A stretch of DNA of 63,867 bases, filler included, from Stramenopiles sp. TOSAG23-6 (GCA_900128565.1; 3 parts of 3 records of this genome joined end to end with filler, not necessarily neighbours in it), one strand, 5' to 3'. Shown: positions 1-11,360, counted from the first letter of the whole stretch. A program made the numbers and translations. The notes: generated by a model from the sequence alone, not told the origin.

Positions 1-15
1 TGTCGAAATACAACT

Positions 16-474
16 TCAAATAAACTGTTTCCTCAGACCTCCAATCAATTCTTTGAATATTGTGTCATATGGAGTTATTTTGGTATTTTGGTTTCCGATA
101 TTATTAAAATCTCGTGCTTCCCAATACAGACCACTATGGCCTTGATCCCTACTCCAACCGGAGCTTCGGCGACCTATATATTTTGATTTTGCTTTTTCAG
201 CGCTTGTTGAACTAAAACGAAAATGTTTTTTGTTTTCGTTCTTTTCTATTGTTTTTTGTTTTTTGTTCTTTTCGTTTGAAATTGTAGGTGGATTATATAT
301 GTGAGGATATGGACTCCCTTTCTTAAAATATATCCATGGTTTAGTCCTTTCCGGTGCCAATGTAGTGGTAGTTTTCAAAGTCTTTTTTGTCATACCTCTT
401 CCTGGAAGTGCTGATGAAGTCAAACATAAAAAAATCAGGAAAAATAGGATGACTATTTTAAACTCTTCCACCAT
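16..474 (-). CDS. Hypothetical protein with N-terminal signal peptide
   Basis: 152-aa ATG-initiated ORF with a hydrophobic N-terminus (IVILFFLIFLCLTSSA); no recognised domain. Confidence 0.5.
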   Translation of the reverse strand: MVEEFKIVILFFLIFLCLTSSALPGRGMTKKTLKTTTTLAPERTKPWIYFKKGSPYPHIYNPPTISNEKNKKQKTIEKNENKKHFRFSSTSAEKAKSKYIGRRSSGWSRDQGHSGLYWEARDFNNIGNQNTKITPYDTIFKELIGGLRKQFI

Positions 475-806
475 GATCTAATTGTCGACTAAAATTTGTC
501 AAATCTAAAATGATAACTCTTTGTGGACATACAACAAAAAGTAAATTGTTGCTTATTGTGAAGAAAAAAGCACTGGTATTTAAAAATAAATTCAAAAGTG
601 CACCAACTTAAAGTAGAATTTACTACAACAATTGCATAAAAAAAAACGATCGAAGTGAGGTCGACCAAAATACAACTTTTTCTTCGGTCCCGGGTAACAA
701 AAACGACTGTTACTTTTTTAAATTTTGAAATTTAACGGTTGTTATTTACCAAAAAATAATAACAGGTGGAGTATCAAACAACTCCAAACAACTAAAGACT
801 TTCATA

Positions 807-3800
807 ATGCTTCGCCCATTACATAGGACGGGGGATAAAGGTTCCATGCAGGAGACACTTTTAAAAACTCGTAAGCAACCTGAAAGAGTGAAGGAAAGTG
901 CCACAAAGTATGAATGGTGGAAACTGAGAAAAAAATATCACGATCACGCCAAAAAACTCCTAAAAAAAATTAACGTTAACCGTGCAATGTCTGAAGAAAG
1001 CTGGTTCTTGGTAGGTGTAGCATTAGCTGCGGTTGATGAAATTCAAGGTGTTGGTAAAGATGAGGATTGTCCAATAAAATCTCTACAATCAGAATTCGTC
1101 AATTGGACCAAAAAACACCATTGCTTTGAAGATGTTAAAGTAAGTAAAAAAAAGTACGAAACATTTTCGTTGACAATGAGAGATATGATGCAAAAAGCAA
1201 CACCAAATACTGATGATGACGAAAAAGATGAAGAACTCATAGAGCAATATATTATACCTGCTGTGAAATATGCATATCCTCCGCCAGCCATAAAAGGACA
1301 GCAATCAAAACCTTTGACAAAGGATGAAGCTTTAAAGAATAAGATTGTCAATAATTTATGTAGAACAACTTGGGAGAATTGCCAAAAAGCTGTTTCAGCA
1401 ACATACATCAAACGTATTCTACAACGTTTACGCAGAGATCATCCAGATAGTTTTCTTACAGATGATGAATTGCAACAAAAAAAAGAGAAAGAATCCGAAG
1501 GAGAAGAATCAACGAAAAGCAAAACCAAACCAAAAGAAAAAAAAGTAGAAGGGAAAGCGAAAGCGGAAGACGAAATTGGAGAGTCTATTGATGAATCTAT
1601 GAATGAGACAAAGGCAGGAGACAAAGAATCTAAATCAAACGCAAATACTAATGATGAAAGTAAAACGTCTAAAAATAGAGAAAATGAGGAAGAAGAGAGT
1701 AAAAGTAATAAAAAATCCTTTGTGAGACCACCAGATCAAAATGATGATGATTTGTTTGCTGATTGTCCGACGGAACTCCAAGACGAAGCATTGGGTCTTC
1801 GTAGATGGGCACTGGAACAAGTAGGAACTCTTCGACTATCGCGTTGGGCAAATAAAGATGAAAGCGATCTTAAAGAAGAAACAAAAAAACAAAAATTAGA
1901 ATCCAAAATACAAGCAAAACGGAGACATCTCAGCTGGGTAGATCGAAAAAATAAGATGCGAATTCGTTTACCAGAATCAAAAGTAGGAAAACAAAAAAAT
2001 ACTTTTGCCCCACGGAGATTTGATTTTTCTCTAGGAAAACCTCTAAATCGACCAAAACACGTACAAAAAGCTACCACGACGGTCGATATGCTTGGTGGAT
2101 TAGGTTTTAAATATGTTCATGCCGTTGGTCACCGCGCAGAAGGAAATCGTGACTTGCTCAATTCAAGAAAACAGGTTGTGAAATCAGGACATGTATTTAA
2201 GAGTAACTTCATTGATGAAGATGGAGATCACCAAGCTTCAAAATTCCATGAAGAACGGCAAAAGAATTCAAAACAGTCGAAAAAAAAAGCGAATCTTGAA
2301 AAACGATATCGTCGACGTTTTAATTCGTGGCTTGAAAAAAAGTCAAATACTGATAAAGCAATTGAGTATCTTTCAGCGATTCCACACCCGGCAGATATGG
2401 ATTCAAAAGAAGCGCGTTTGGCAGAAGATTTGTGGCAGCGAGTGGGAAAATCATTGAAAGCGATCAATCAAAATTTATTACTTCCTTGGTCCGAATGGTC
2501 AAAAGATTTTCGATCTCCTAATATTTGTCTTGCTTATTGGAATTCATTTGATCCTGTTGCATGTGATGCGCACCAAGTATCATCTGCTGTAAAAACTACT
2601 TTTTTTAAGATGTTCAAAAAGAAACAAGCTGAATTCATCGGTGCATTTGAAAGGGCCTATAGACAATCACACCGTAGAGATGATGAAGAAGAGACCATTG
2701 CCGTCTTAGATTCTCAAACAGCTGGTATTACATACACCGTATTTCAGAAAATGTTGGCAAACCTTGGAATGAAAGTGAGCCTCCGAGAACTTCACAGACT
2801 TTCGCTCTGTCTTGATCGAAAAGCTACAGGTTTGATAACATTATCTGAGCTTGTAACGTTTACAGATGAAAAACAAGATACAGCAAGTCGTCTTAAAAAA
2901 CGTTGCATTTGGGAACAAGCTTGCTCCATTTGTGGAATGCCAGCAGGTTTTGCCATTCGCTTTAAGCTTCTTCGAGATTCTTCTGGTAAAATCATCCGAG
3001 ATCGTATGGGCTACGTAATGCCAATCGGTTCTAAAGCAGCAAAGGAGTACAAAAAGAAAAAAAAGAAAACACGAAAGAGTGGTATCGAAGAGAAATCTGT
3101 TAACGATAGTAGTGAAAGCAATTATGATTCTAATGAAGAGGGTAAATCTGATGATAATGAAATGAATGGTGATAGACTTTGTGATGAACGATTTGAAACT
3201 GAAGATCATAAACGTGCTGTAAATTCTTTAAAACGTGTATCACATTTACACAAAATGCGTGCAAATGAAGATCCTCCTGATATATGTGCTGCAGCAAATT
3301 GGCCACCATCACCAAGGGTAATCACTGATTCATTAAAATATCTAAAGAAAAATGCACGAAATGGTTTAGAAGAACGTAGAGGTAAGGCTCAAAACTTACT
3401 CGGGGGAAAGCCAAAAGCACCAACATTAAACGTAATACGTTTGAAGACAGATTCGCAAGAAGATCTAATGGGATCTCTGAGAATAGTCTATGAGCCTGCC
3501 CCAAATAGTGATCCTGTTGCATTCTTTGTATTGGAGACATGTGGAGCTGAAGGTTCACGACAACAAGTCTTGCAAAAGTGGAAAACAATATGTACAGATC
3601 CAGATTCAGCAGAGAGTAAGCAACAAATGTCGTTAGAATACTTTCATAATGGTCTCCTCCCAAATACACCCTATCACTACCGCATTAGAGCTTTCAATGG
3701 ACATGGAGCATCAGGGTATACACACTCTGTTTTTTGTACTGCCCCTCGTAGCCCGCCACCACCTGTACTCATTCAAGCTACGGCGCTAGTCCTTGTTGTA

Positions 3801-6008
3801 GATTGGTCCACGGCACTTGCTCGACATTTCGCAAATCACAAGAAACAATTAGCAAAATTATGGGATGATATTGATAAAGATAGATCTGGAATGGTATCCA
3901 GAGATGAGTTGCTAGAAGCAGTCAAAAATAATGAAATGCTTCAACATTTCCTTAATCATGCACCTGCAAGTCAAACTATGATTCGTAATTCAATGTCACT
4001 TCATATGAGGTTACGTGTTGAAGATACTGCAGATTTGAGAAGAAGTGTTGATGGGTTTGAAGATGATGAACTGAACAAATCTGTTGCATCGACTATCGGT
4101 AATAGTACATTTACACAGACTCCTAAAATGTCTGTATTTGATTGTATAGCTCAAAATGATGACGAGGAATTAACATGGGAAGAGTTTGAAAGTTTTTTTG
4201 CGGGAAAAGGAGACGAACCTCCACCCCAGACTGAAGCACATGCTGCCAAAGGCACCAAGTATGTGCTGCAACGCTGTGCACATGCACCACCTGAAGATGT
4301 AGAGCAATGGACAGATGTGTACTTGGGCACAGAGACTCGGTTCACAATGAACGGAATGCCAAGCGGTCGCCGCTTCAAGTTTAGAGTCATAGGTGTGAAT
4401 CGTGATGGAGTCGAAAGTCAACCAAGTAAAGAACTCATTGCAGCGACATTACTCCGTGCTCCTCCACCGCCTCAACTTGCAGGTAAAGGCGAAACAGCAA
4501 TAGCCTCAACCGCAGTAAAATTAAGACTTGGTAAACTGTCTCGTATTGGAGGTACAGAAGACGAAGTGGATAATATTCTAAAATTATGGGCAATGCCCCG
4601 GAAAGAACTTGTTGCACAAAAAGAGGCCGGTGTAAGTGTGCGTGCTCTATTTGATCGATTTGATATAGATGGAAGTGGGTCTATCGATGCAGTTGAGATG
4701 AAACCTTTGCTTGCTCTATTAGCTGCTCCTTGCGAGGATTGGAATGTTCAGCAAGCACTAAAGGTTATGGATACCAATAAAAATGGGATAGTTTCTTTTT
4801 TAGAATTCAAAGAATGGTTTGAAAGTGAGGAAACTGTATTTGTAGTTAAACGAGACGATGGAATGCCAGGCAAACAATTACAAGCATTGTTGAAAGGTCG
4901 GACAAACAATAGCAATGTAAAAAAACGACGCTCCGTCAAGACTTCGCCATTAATGAAAACACGGAAACGAGCAAGTTCTAGTTCTAAATCCAAATTAGCT
5001 TTGAGAAGAAGAAATAGCGAAACTGGAAATACTTCGCTTGACACTTTAGAATCTATATTACCACCCCCTGTAAATGGCATGCAACATGTTGCATATCGTG
5101 GAACAAATCGTGTCATACTGTATAGAGGTCTACAGCCAAATACAGCCTATAGATTTGCCGTACGAATTATTTCTAGACAAACATCTTCGGCATTATCACA
5201 GCCATTAACTGTAATGACTCCCCCAAAATCACTTCCAAGACCAGTTCAAATAGCTACTGCAGAGAGGTGGGCACGCATACGACTCTACACTACCAAGACT
5301 GGTGCAAGTCATTACACTATTCAAGTATGCACTAGAGGTCTCCGGGGATCAGAGAAACCTCCGAAAGCAGTGGGTGCAAGGGCAAAAGCAGCATCACAAA
5401 ATCTATCAGGATGGCAAATTATTTGGCAAGGAAGTGGTCCTATTGCACATGTTGTTTCGCTTGCTCCAGCGAAACGATACAAAGTGAGAGTTGTTGCATA
5501 TAATATGCGTGGTGGCACGAGCGAGCCGTCTCCAGTAACTGAAATAAGTACTGTTAAGCGTGGTGAGTACGTAGAGCTTACACCAAATAATGCATCGCAA
5601 TTATTTCGCGTAGAATGCACTGGTGATGTTGTCATTGGAGACACGATACTATTTACAGAACAATTATTCGAAAAATCAATACAAAATAAATCAAGTGGTT
5701 CAAATCGAGGATTTCTTGGTGAACGAACTGTTGCTGCAGTTGTTACGAATGAAAAGTGGGAAGACTTTGGCGACGGAACACAAAAACGGTCAATACTTAT
5801 GGAAGTCCAGTGGTGTACCGTATCTAAAAGGGACATAGTATCACATGTATTACAAGATGGTGCATTTATATGGCGTGATGAGAGTGAAATATTCAAATAT
5901 GAAACATTTCGACTAAAATGGGACGACGAAGCTTCAAGAATACCTTTTGCTAATGAATATAGTGAGCGCTTCGTTATCTCAGATGAGACCAAAGAAATAG
6001 CAAAATAA
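807..6008 (+). CDS. Large EF-hand / fibronectin type III protein with a PriCT-2-like helical domain
   Basis: Intronless 1733-aa ORF. EF-hands (DIDKDRSGMVSRDE, DIDGSGSIDAVE, DTNKNGIVSFLE) and FN3 signatures (LLPNTPYHYRIRAFNGHG, LQPNTAYRFAVR, LAPAKRYKVRVVAYN). Confidence 0.85.
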   Translation: MLRPLHRTGDKGSMQETLLKTRKQPERVKESATKYEWWKLRKKYHDHAKKLLKKINVNRAMSEESWFLVGVALAAVDEIQGVGKDEDCPIKSLQSEFVNWTKKHHCFEDVKVSKKKYETFSLTMRDMMQKATPNTDDDEKDEELIEQYIIPAVKYAYPPPAIKGQQSKPLTKDEALKNKIVNNLCRTTWENCQKAVSATYIKRILQRLRRDHPDSFLTDDELQQKKEKESEGEESTKSKTKPKEKKVEGKAKAEDEIGESIDESMNETKAGDKESKSNANTNDESKTSKNRENEEEESKSNKKSFVRPPDQNDDDLFADCPTELQDEALGLRRWALEQVGTLRLSRWANKDESDLKEETKKQKLESKIQAKRRHLSWVDRKNKMRIRLPESKVGKQKNTFAPRRFDFSLGKPLNRPKHVQKATTTVDMLGGLGFKYVHAVGHRAEGNRDLLNSRKQVVKSGHVFKSNFIDEDGDHQASKFHEERQKNSKQSKKKANLEKRYRRRFNSWLEKKSNTDKAIEYLSAIPHPADMDSKEARLAEDLWQRVGKSLKAINQNLLLPWSEWSKDFRSPNICLAYWNSFDPVACDAHQVSSAVKTTFFKMFKKKQAEFIGAFERAYRQSHRRDDEEETIAVLDSQTAGITYTVFQKMLANLGMKVSLRELHRLSLCLDRKATGLITLSELVTFTDEKQDTASRLKKRCIWEQACSICGMPAGFAIRFKLLRDSSGKIIRDRMGYVMPIGSKAAKEYKKKKKKTRKSGIEEKSVNDSSESNYDSNEEGKSDDNEMNGDRLCDERFETEDHKRAVNSLKRVSHLHKMRANEDPPDICAAANWPPSPRVITDSLKYLKKNARNGLEERRGKAQNLLGGKPKAPTLNVIRLKTDSQEDLMGSLRIVYEPAPNSDPVAFFVLETCGAEGSRQQVLQKWKTICTDPDSAESKQQMSLEYFHNGLLPNTPYHYRIRAFNGHGASGYTHSVFCTAPRSPPPPVLIQATALVLVVDWSTALARHFANHKKQLAKLWDDIDKDRSGMVSRDELLEAVKNNEMLQHFLNHAPASQTMIRNSMSLHMRLRVEDTADLRRSVDGFEDDELNKSVASTIGNSTFTQTPKMSVFDCIAQNDDEELTWEEFESFFAGKGDEPPPQTEAHAAKGTKYVLQRCAHAPPEDVEQWTDVYLGTETRFTMNGMPSGRRFKFRVIGVNRDGVESQPSKELIAATLLRAPPPPQLAGKGETAIASTAVKLRLGKLSRIGGTEDEVDNILKLWAMPRKELVAQKEAGVSVRALFDRFDIDGSGSIDAVEMKPLLALLAAPCEDWNVQQALKVMDTNKNGIVSFLEFKEWFESEETVFVVKRDDGMPGKQLQALLKGRTNNSNVKKRRSVKTSPLMKTRKRASSSSKSKLALRRRNSETGNTSLDTLESILPPPVNGMQHVAYRGTNRVILYRGLQPNTAYRFAVRIISRQTSSALSQPLTVMTPPKSLPRPVQIATAERWARIRLYTTKTGASHYTIQVCTRGLRGSEKPPKAVGARAKAASQNLSGWQIIWQGSGPIAHVVSLAPAKRYKVRVVAYNMRGGTSEPSPVTEISTVKRGEYVELTPNNASQLFRVECTGDVVIGDTILFTEQLFEKSIQNKSSGSNRGFLGERTVAAVVTNEKWEDFGDGTQKRSILMEVQWCTVSKRDIVSHVLQDGAFIWRDESEIFKYETFRLKWDDEASRIPFANEYSERFVISDETKEIAK

Positions 6009-6169
6009 AATTATTAAACAATGAAAACAATAAAGTTTTTATTTTGTTTTTCATTGTTGTGACTTTTATTTACTACAATGCTTTGCTATCATTAGTTGTA
6101 CATGATTACTGAGTGGCCCCTGAAACAATAAGTGCTTGTATTATTTCTCTATGACTTAAAAGAGATTGT

Positions 6170-8479
6170 TTATTGTAACATTCGGTTTATCGCTAAATTA
6201 ATATTCCCTCCACTAATTTCTAAGGATTTTCGAGCTTCATTATAGGAGGCTCCAGTAATAACAACAATTTGTTTTACTTTACATTCTCGCTCATGCTTAC
6301 TTGCTGCAATAGCCAATTCTGTATCTGACGGAGAGGTAAGCAAAGTATTTTCAAAACTTTGACAAATAGTTCTACGACTATTTGGTTTTGTACGAATATT
6401 TGTTTTAATTTGCTTCTTTGTTTTAATTCGCTTATTTGGATTGGATGGTGTAGCATCGGAGTTCATGCTAGATGCAGATCTTTTGAGCATCGAAAGAATA
6501 TTATTAGTCTTTTTGATATTATGTTTTNGNTTNCTTTTTTTTTTNCTNGTTTCGGGACATTCGACTTCCATGTTTTGTTAGAACATTCTTTGCTTCTACT
6601 ATAGCCTTTGCTTGTTTTTTAATACACGAAATTACTTCTTTCCCTTTTCTTGCAGTTACTACAGCATCTACAATAGGTGCTGGGTATTCATATAATACTT
6701 CAACCCGTTGTGCATCTCTGCGACAATTTGAAATGATATCATTATTAATACTTTTTGCACTCTTTCTTTTGCGAATTATACAAACACCAAACTTTTTTTG
6801 AACACTTGCCGGCATTTTCGATGGTTCATGAATCCATTCTTTTGTCACTTTTGAAAGTTCTGGTATGTACTTTCGTATAAATGTACCATACTTATCATGA
6901 TCTTTTCCTTGTTTTGTTACGGAGTACACTCTCATGGCATTAATACCAGTAACTCCACTTTGCATCTGTAGTTGAGGATAGTGAATACCAGGCTCATAAT
7001 CAAGAAAACAGCGAGCGAGATGTTTCCCTATTACACGCCAGTCTAACCATAAATTGTATGCAGCAAAAGAAACAACCATGTCATTTGGGAAAATATTTTC
7101 AAAAAGAAAATTCGTTAGGTTTGGAATTGCGTACGAAAAAAGAAACTTTAAAAAAAGAAAAAAAAAAAATTGTAAAATTAAAAAAACGTACATTGCTCGC
7201 ATTCGAAAATTTAACCACCCATGACGTGAAAGGCACCTCATACACGCATCAACCATAGGAAATCCAGTAAGTCCTTTTTTCCAAGCAACGAAATATTCTT
7301 CATTATGTTCACCTTTACCACAGCGAACCGTATCATAAATTCTAGACTGAGCATGTATTTAAGAAAATATTTCAAAAAAAATTTGTTAGGTACAAAATTT
7401 CGTACGAAAAAAAAATCGAATTTGAAAAAAAATAAAAACATACATGGTATTCAATATCAGGTTCACTTTCCAGCTTTTGTATGAAATGTGAACGCCACCG
7501 TAAACGAGAATGAAAACTTGCAAGTGATCTTGGCCAGCTGTCTTTAGAAAATGATCTACCTGCTTTTTTCTGTTTACGGACAAGTTTTTGCTTCTTTATT
7601 AATTCATGTACAACTCTTCGATTTGAGATATGTCCAAAAGTGAGATAGGCACTTACTGTATTGTAGAAAAATATTTCAAAATGTTTTTTGTTAGGTACAA
7701 AATTGCGTACGAAAAATAAATTCGATTTTTTTGTAAAAAAAAAAATAAAACATACATCGAGAACAAGAATTCCAAGCCAAGGAAGGCGATGAAATACCAC
7801 GTTGATACCCTTCTCCTCTCCTTGTCAACCAATTTTGAAGTACCTGCAGCGCGAGTGTCTCACCACCAGCTTGGCGTTCGACTCTATCTTCCTTATGGTC
7901 ATTAGAAATTAAACCAAGATCTGCAAGCTGAGCAGAAGACTGGATCCCACACGAAGGAAATCCACGACAAAGTTTAACAAAGTCACACGGACCAGGAGAT
8001 GGGTATTGTGGTTGTTGCATAAACTTATTATATCCTAATGTAAACTTGTCCCTATCCTTCAGCCCACGAGTCACACCATTTTGTGTAACTTCTTTGAAAT
8101 TAATCTTCATTTTTCGACAGAAACGTCGAACTCGTTTATCACGTTCAAAGGATTTTCCATGACCTGTTTCTTCATGAGCAAATACGCTTTTAATTTTCTT
8201 ACATTTGTTAAGATCGGCTAGAATATCAGTCGCTTCACCAATTCGGAAAATAATACATGGTTTGTCTTTCTCGTCGTCGAGCATTCCACGTATCAATTCA
8301 TCAAGTACTGATAGACCTTCGTTACAAAAGTTTATGTGACTACCATGGAGAGTTGGATGTGACAGCTGGTCTGGCTCATACATATAAATGATACAAAATG
8401 GACTACGTGCACGTACAGCGAGTGCTAGTGGTCCATTATCGTGAATTCGTGCATCCTTTTTCAACCAAACTACATTCAT
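6170..8479 (-). CDS. DNA photolyase/cryptochrome family protein, probably with a C-terminal UBA-like domain; exons 8479-7756, 7655-7444, 7352-7192, 7077-~6170
   Basis: Motifs VVWLKKDARIHDN, SCSRLSAYLTFG, WKKGLTGFPMVDACMR, WLNFRMRAMVVSF and FLDYEPGIH are contiguous after removing 3 inserts. The frame change near 6529-6548 lies in an N-containing homopolymer. Confidence 0.88.
7078..7191 (-). other. Family intron, GT-AT (114 nt, in frame, stop-free)
   Basis: GCA AT|GTACGT...AATGACAT|G GTT restores RMRAMVVSF. Confidence 0.88.
7353..7443 (-). other. Family intron, GT-AT (91 nt)
   Basis: TAC CAT|GTATGT...AAATACAT|GCT restores the frame into WKKGLTGFP. Confidence 0.88.
7656..7755 (-). other. Family intron, GT-AG (100 nt)
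   Basis: CGA T|GTATGT...AATACAG|TA AGT restores SCSRLSAYL. Confidence 0.9.
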
Positions 8480-8727
8480 TTGCTTCTTCAAGTAATGTGT
8501 TTTTGTTATTTGTTGTTGTGTTTCGTCTCAGGATCAGATCGGACTTTGTTTTTTGTTTTTGCGTTGTTTGAATAAAAACTCCGAAAAAGGGCTCAAAATT
8601 ACAGTTACATCTCTCCTTGCAATTGTACAAGTCAACAAGAACTTCATGTAAACAGACTAGCAAACATTCAACTTTAGATTGAAAAATAAAATAATGAGAA
8701 CGTGTTTTCATTGTAAATAATGCAAAA

Positions 8728-11331
8728 ATGCCTATAGATACTCATAGAAAGGATACATCTACAGACAAACCTATGCTTTCAACACCGACTGTTGACTCCA
8801 AGACAAATTCTGTCAAGAAAGTTGAGTTTACGCTTCCAGTTGAATATAAACGTGGGATACACCCGGACACGGGAAAACGTTGCTACATATGCATTGCAGA
8901 TGGTAGCACTCATGATTCTATTAGAGCAGACGATATGCCCCAAGGGTGGTTTATCAGACAGTCTCAAGATGGTAAAGAATATTTTTATAATCCTGAGTTA
9001 AAGATTTCCCAGTTTGAAGTACCAAATCATAAAGATACTGTCCTCGCAATAGTTGCAAAAAAACGAAAAGATAACAAGGAAATAATCGATAAATTAGAAT
9101 CTGTACAAAAAATTCAAATGCAACGCAGTGCAATGGGAATGCCCCCTCAGGGTAACGATTGGAATGAAGAAAATATTGTAGAGGCAATGCAAATACAATT
9201 CGATCGAGTGGACCAAGCTACACAAAGACGCCGAGCTGGAGATGGCTTTGCATACTTAGGAATTGGTGAACTTGAATTTGAGTCACTTTGGCAATTAACA
9301 ATTTGGGCATTTAAGAGGTTTAAGCCTCAAGGAGTAGCTGTTGATGCTTCTGAATTGAATATGTTACGCACAAGTTTAATCCGTGAAATGGATACTTTAA
9401 TACAAGAATTCAATACACAAAATAAGTATTATGGAAAATCAAAATGGGAAAAAGAATGCAAACCATCTACATTAGACTGGGAAACATATCGTAAGTGGTT
9501 CATTGATGCATTACGACAACTTCGTAGTCGACGTGTTTTACGCAATCGTGTCGCAGAAATATTTAAAATGAATTATGCATCATCTCGTTTACAAGCAATT
9601 ATTCGAGGACAACGTGCAAGAAAATGTGATCCTCGAGCAATAACTATTCAACAAAAATTAAACCCTGTATTAAATCGACAGAAAGAAAGAAAACATATGG
9701 CTTTAGAGCGGAAAAAATCAGCTGCAAAACTTCAAGCAGTTTTTAGAGGTCGACAAACAAGAAAGCAAAGAATTGATTGGAGGTCTGAGGAAACAGTTTA
9801 TTTGAAGTTGTATTTCGACAAATATGATGCAGATAAAAGTGGAGAACTCGATGTGAAAGAACTAAATCTTCTTTTTAAAGATATTGGATGGATTTTCGAT
9901 ATGAGTGAAACAATTCAAATAATGAAGAATTCTGATACAAATGATAGTGGAACAATTGATTTCGGAGAGCTGCTTTTAATAGTAGAATCAAGTAAGCGTA
10001 GAAATACATCGTTAAAACTTGAAATGTTACATAAAAACATGACGGAAACAGAAAATGTGGAGAGAAGCTTAATTGTTCTTTCTACCACAGATGTAGTCCA
10101 ACCGAGTATTTCGAGTGAAAAGACTCAAAAAAGTGAAGTAGTCACAAAAGATGTTGTTATTAGTAGGAGTGAAGATGTTGTTGTTGTTAATAGGAATGAA
10201 GATGTTGTTGTTAGTAAGAGTGAGGATATTGTTGGTGTTATTAGGAGTGAAAAGATGACGAAAGCCTCATATGATGATATGTTACAACGAAAACGTGAAA
10301 GATTCAAAAAACATTTGGTAAAATCTTCTAATGAAAAGATGACGAAAGCCTCATATGATGATATGTTACAGCGAAAACGTGAAAGATTCAAAAAACATTT
10401 GGTAAAATCTTCTAATGAAAAGATGGGGCACGATAGTGAAGCAAATATTAAAGTAGAGGTAAAGCCAATAAAGATACCCCCAGTGGTATCGAGACTTTAC
10501 ACCCATACGAACGAGGGTATGTCTCCAGAGTTCTGGAAGCTTCGAATGCAAAGCATAAAGGAAAGCAATAATCGTAAGTCGAAAATGCTAAAGTATCTCA
10601 AAGAACGAAAGGAAATCAATGGTGGAAAATCAGTATATAATAGATTATATGACAAAAACGTAAGAGAAACACAAAGAATAGCTCGTGAAGAAATGCATAA
10701 TCGAAATGCTCGAAGACTTACAGCACAGAATGAAATATATTATCCTTCTTTTGGATCACCTAAAAATATTCCAAAGAATAAAAAAATGAAGCCGTGGAAA
10801 AATGCATATCCGAGAAGAAAAAAGAAGATAAAAAAGAGTCAAATGAATAAAAATGGAAAAAGAAAAGAACGTAGGACTATAATCGGCAACATTAATATTG
10901 ATAATAATGTACTTCTTCTGGATAAGCAGAAAAATGAAAAACAAAATCAAACAAAACCAGTATCAATTGATCTTGAAACAATGCTACAAAATCATTCAAT
11001 TCAACAAAAGAGAATGGTATTACATCGAAAACAAGCAAATCTTATTTTGCTTTTATCAAAAGCAATAGTGGACAGTGAACCTCAAAGCACAATCAGTCGA
11101 ATACAGAAGAAACTCCGTGCAACTAATAGATCTATCAATACTTTCCCACTCATTCCCCTTGCTTCCCCTTCATTTAAAGTAGACCCTAATCCTAATGCGA
11201 CAAGTAAACCAAAAAATAATGATTTCGATAAGCTAGGTAAAAAAGATTCAGACCTGGAAATTATATCGAATAGTAAAAAATCAGAAATTTCGTCCCTTGT
11301 TTTACCATCCATACAAAAAATACAGAAATAA
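8728..11331 (+). CDS. WW-like / IQ / EF-hand protein
   Basis: Intronless 867-aa ORF: MPQGWFIRQSQDGKEYFYN (WW), LQAIIRGQRAR and LQAVFRGRQTR (IQ), DADKSGELDVKE and DTNDSGTIDFGE (EF-hand). Confidence 0.85.
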   Translation: MPIDTHRKDTSTDKPMLSTPTVDSKTNSVKKVEFTLPVEYKRGIHPDTGKRCYICIADGSTHDSIRADDMPQGWFIRQSQDGKEYFYNPELKISQFEVPNHKDTVLAIVAKKRKDNKEIIDKLESVQKIQMQRSAMGMPPQGNDWNEENIVEAMQIQFDRVDQATQRRRAGDGFAYLGIGELEFESLWQLTIWAFKRFKPQGVAVDASELNMLRTSLIREMDTLIQEFNTQNKYYGKSKWEKECKPSTLDWETYRKWFIDALRQLRSRRVLRNRVAEIFKMNYASSRLQAIIRGQRARKCDPRAITIQQKLNPVLNRQKERKHMALERKKSAAKLQAVFRGRQTRKQRIDWRSEETVYLKLYFDKYDADKSGELDVKELNLLFKDIGWIFDMSETIQIMKNSDTNDSGTIDFGELLLIVESSKRRNTSLKLEMLHKNMTETENVERSLIVLSTTDVVQPSISSEKTQKSEVVTKDVVISRSEDVVVVNRNEDVVVSKSEDIVGVIRSEKMTKASYDDMLQRKRERFKKHLVKSSNEKMTKASYDDMLQRKRERFKKHLVKSSNEKMGHDSEANIKVEVKPIKIPPVVSRLYTHTNEGMSPEFWKLRMQSIKESNNRKSKMLKYLKERKEINGGKSVYNRLYDKNVRETQRIAREEMHNRNARRLTAQNEIYYPSFGSPKNIPKNKKMKPWKNAYPRRKKKIKKSQMNKNGKRKERRTIIGNINIDNNVLLLDKQKNEKQNQTKPVSIDLETMLQNHSIQQKRMVLHRKQANLILLLSKAIVDSEPQSTISRIQKKLRATNRSINTFPLIPLASPSFKVDPNPNATSKPKNNDFDKLGKKDSDLEIISNSKKSEISSLVLPSIQKIQK
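10249..10425 (+). repeat. Near-perfect 84-bp tandem duplication inside CDS
   Basis: Units start at 10249 and 10333, with a partial third at 10417; encodes EKMTKASYDDMLQRKRERFKKHLVKSSN twice. Confidence 0.9.
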
Positions 11332-11360
11332 AAAATGTATTTTGTTTTTATCAGTTTTTT

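Noticed and set aside
1043-5992. Numerous short antisense or overlapping ORFs in the track (also within 32527-43488 and 50882-63276)
   Set aside because: Shadows of long genes on the opposite strand or frame, with no recognisable motifs.
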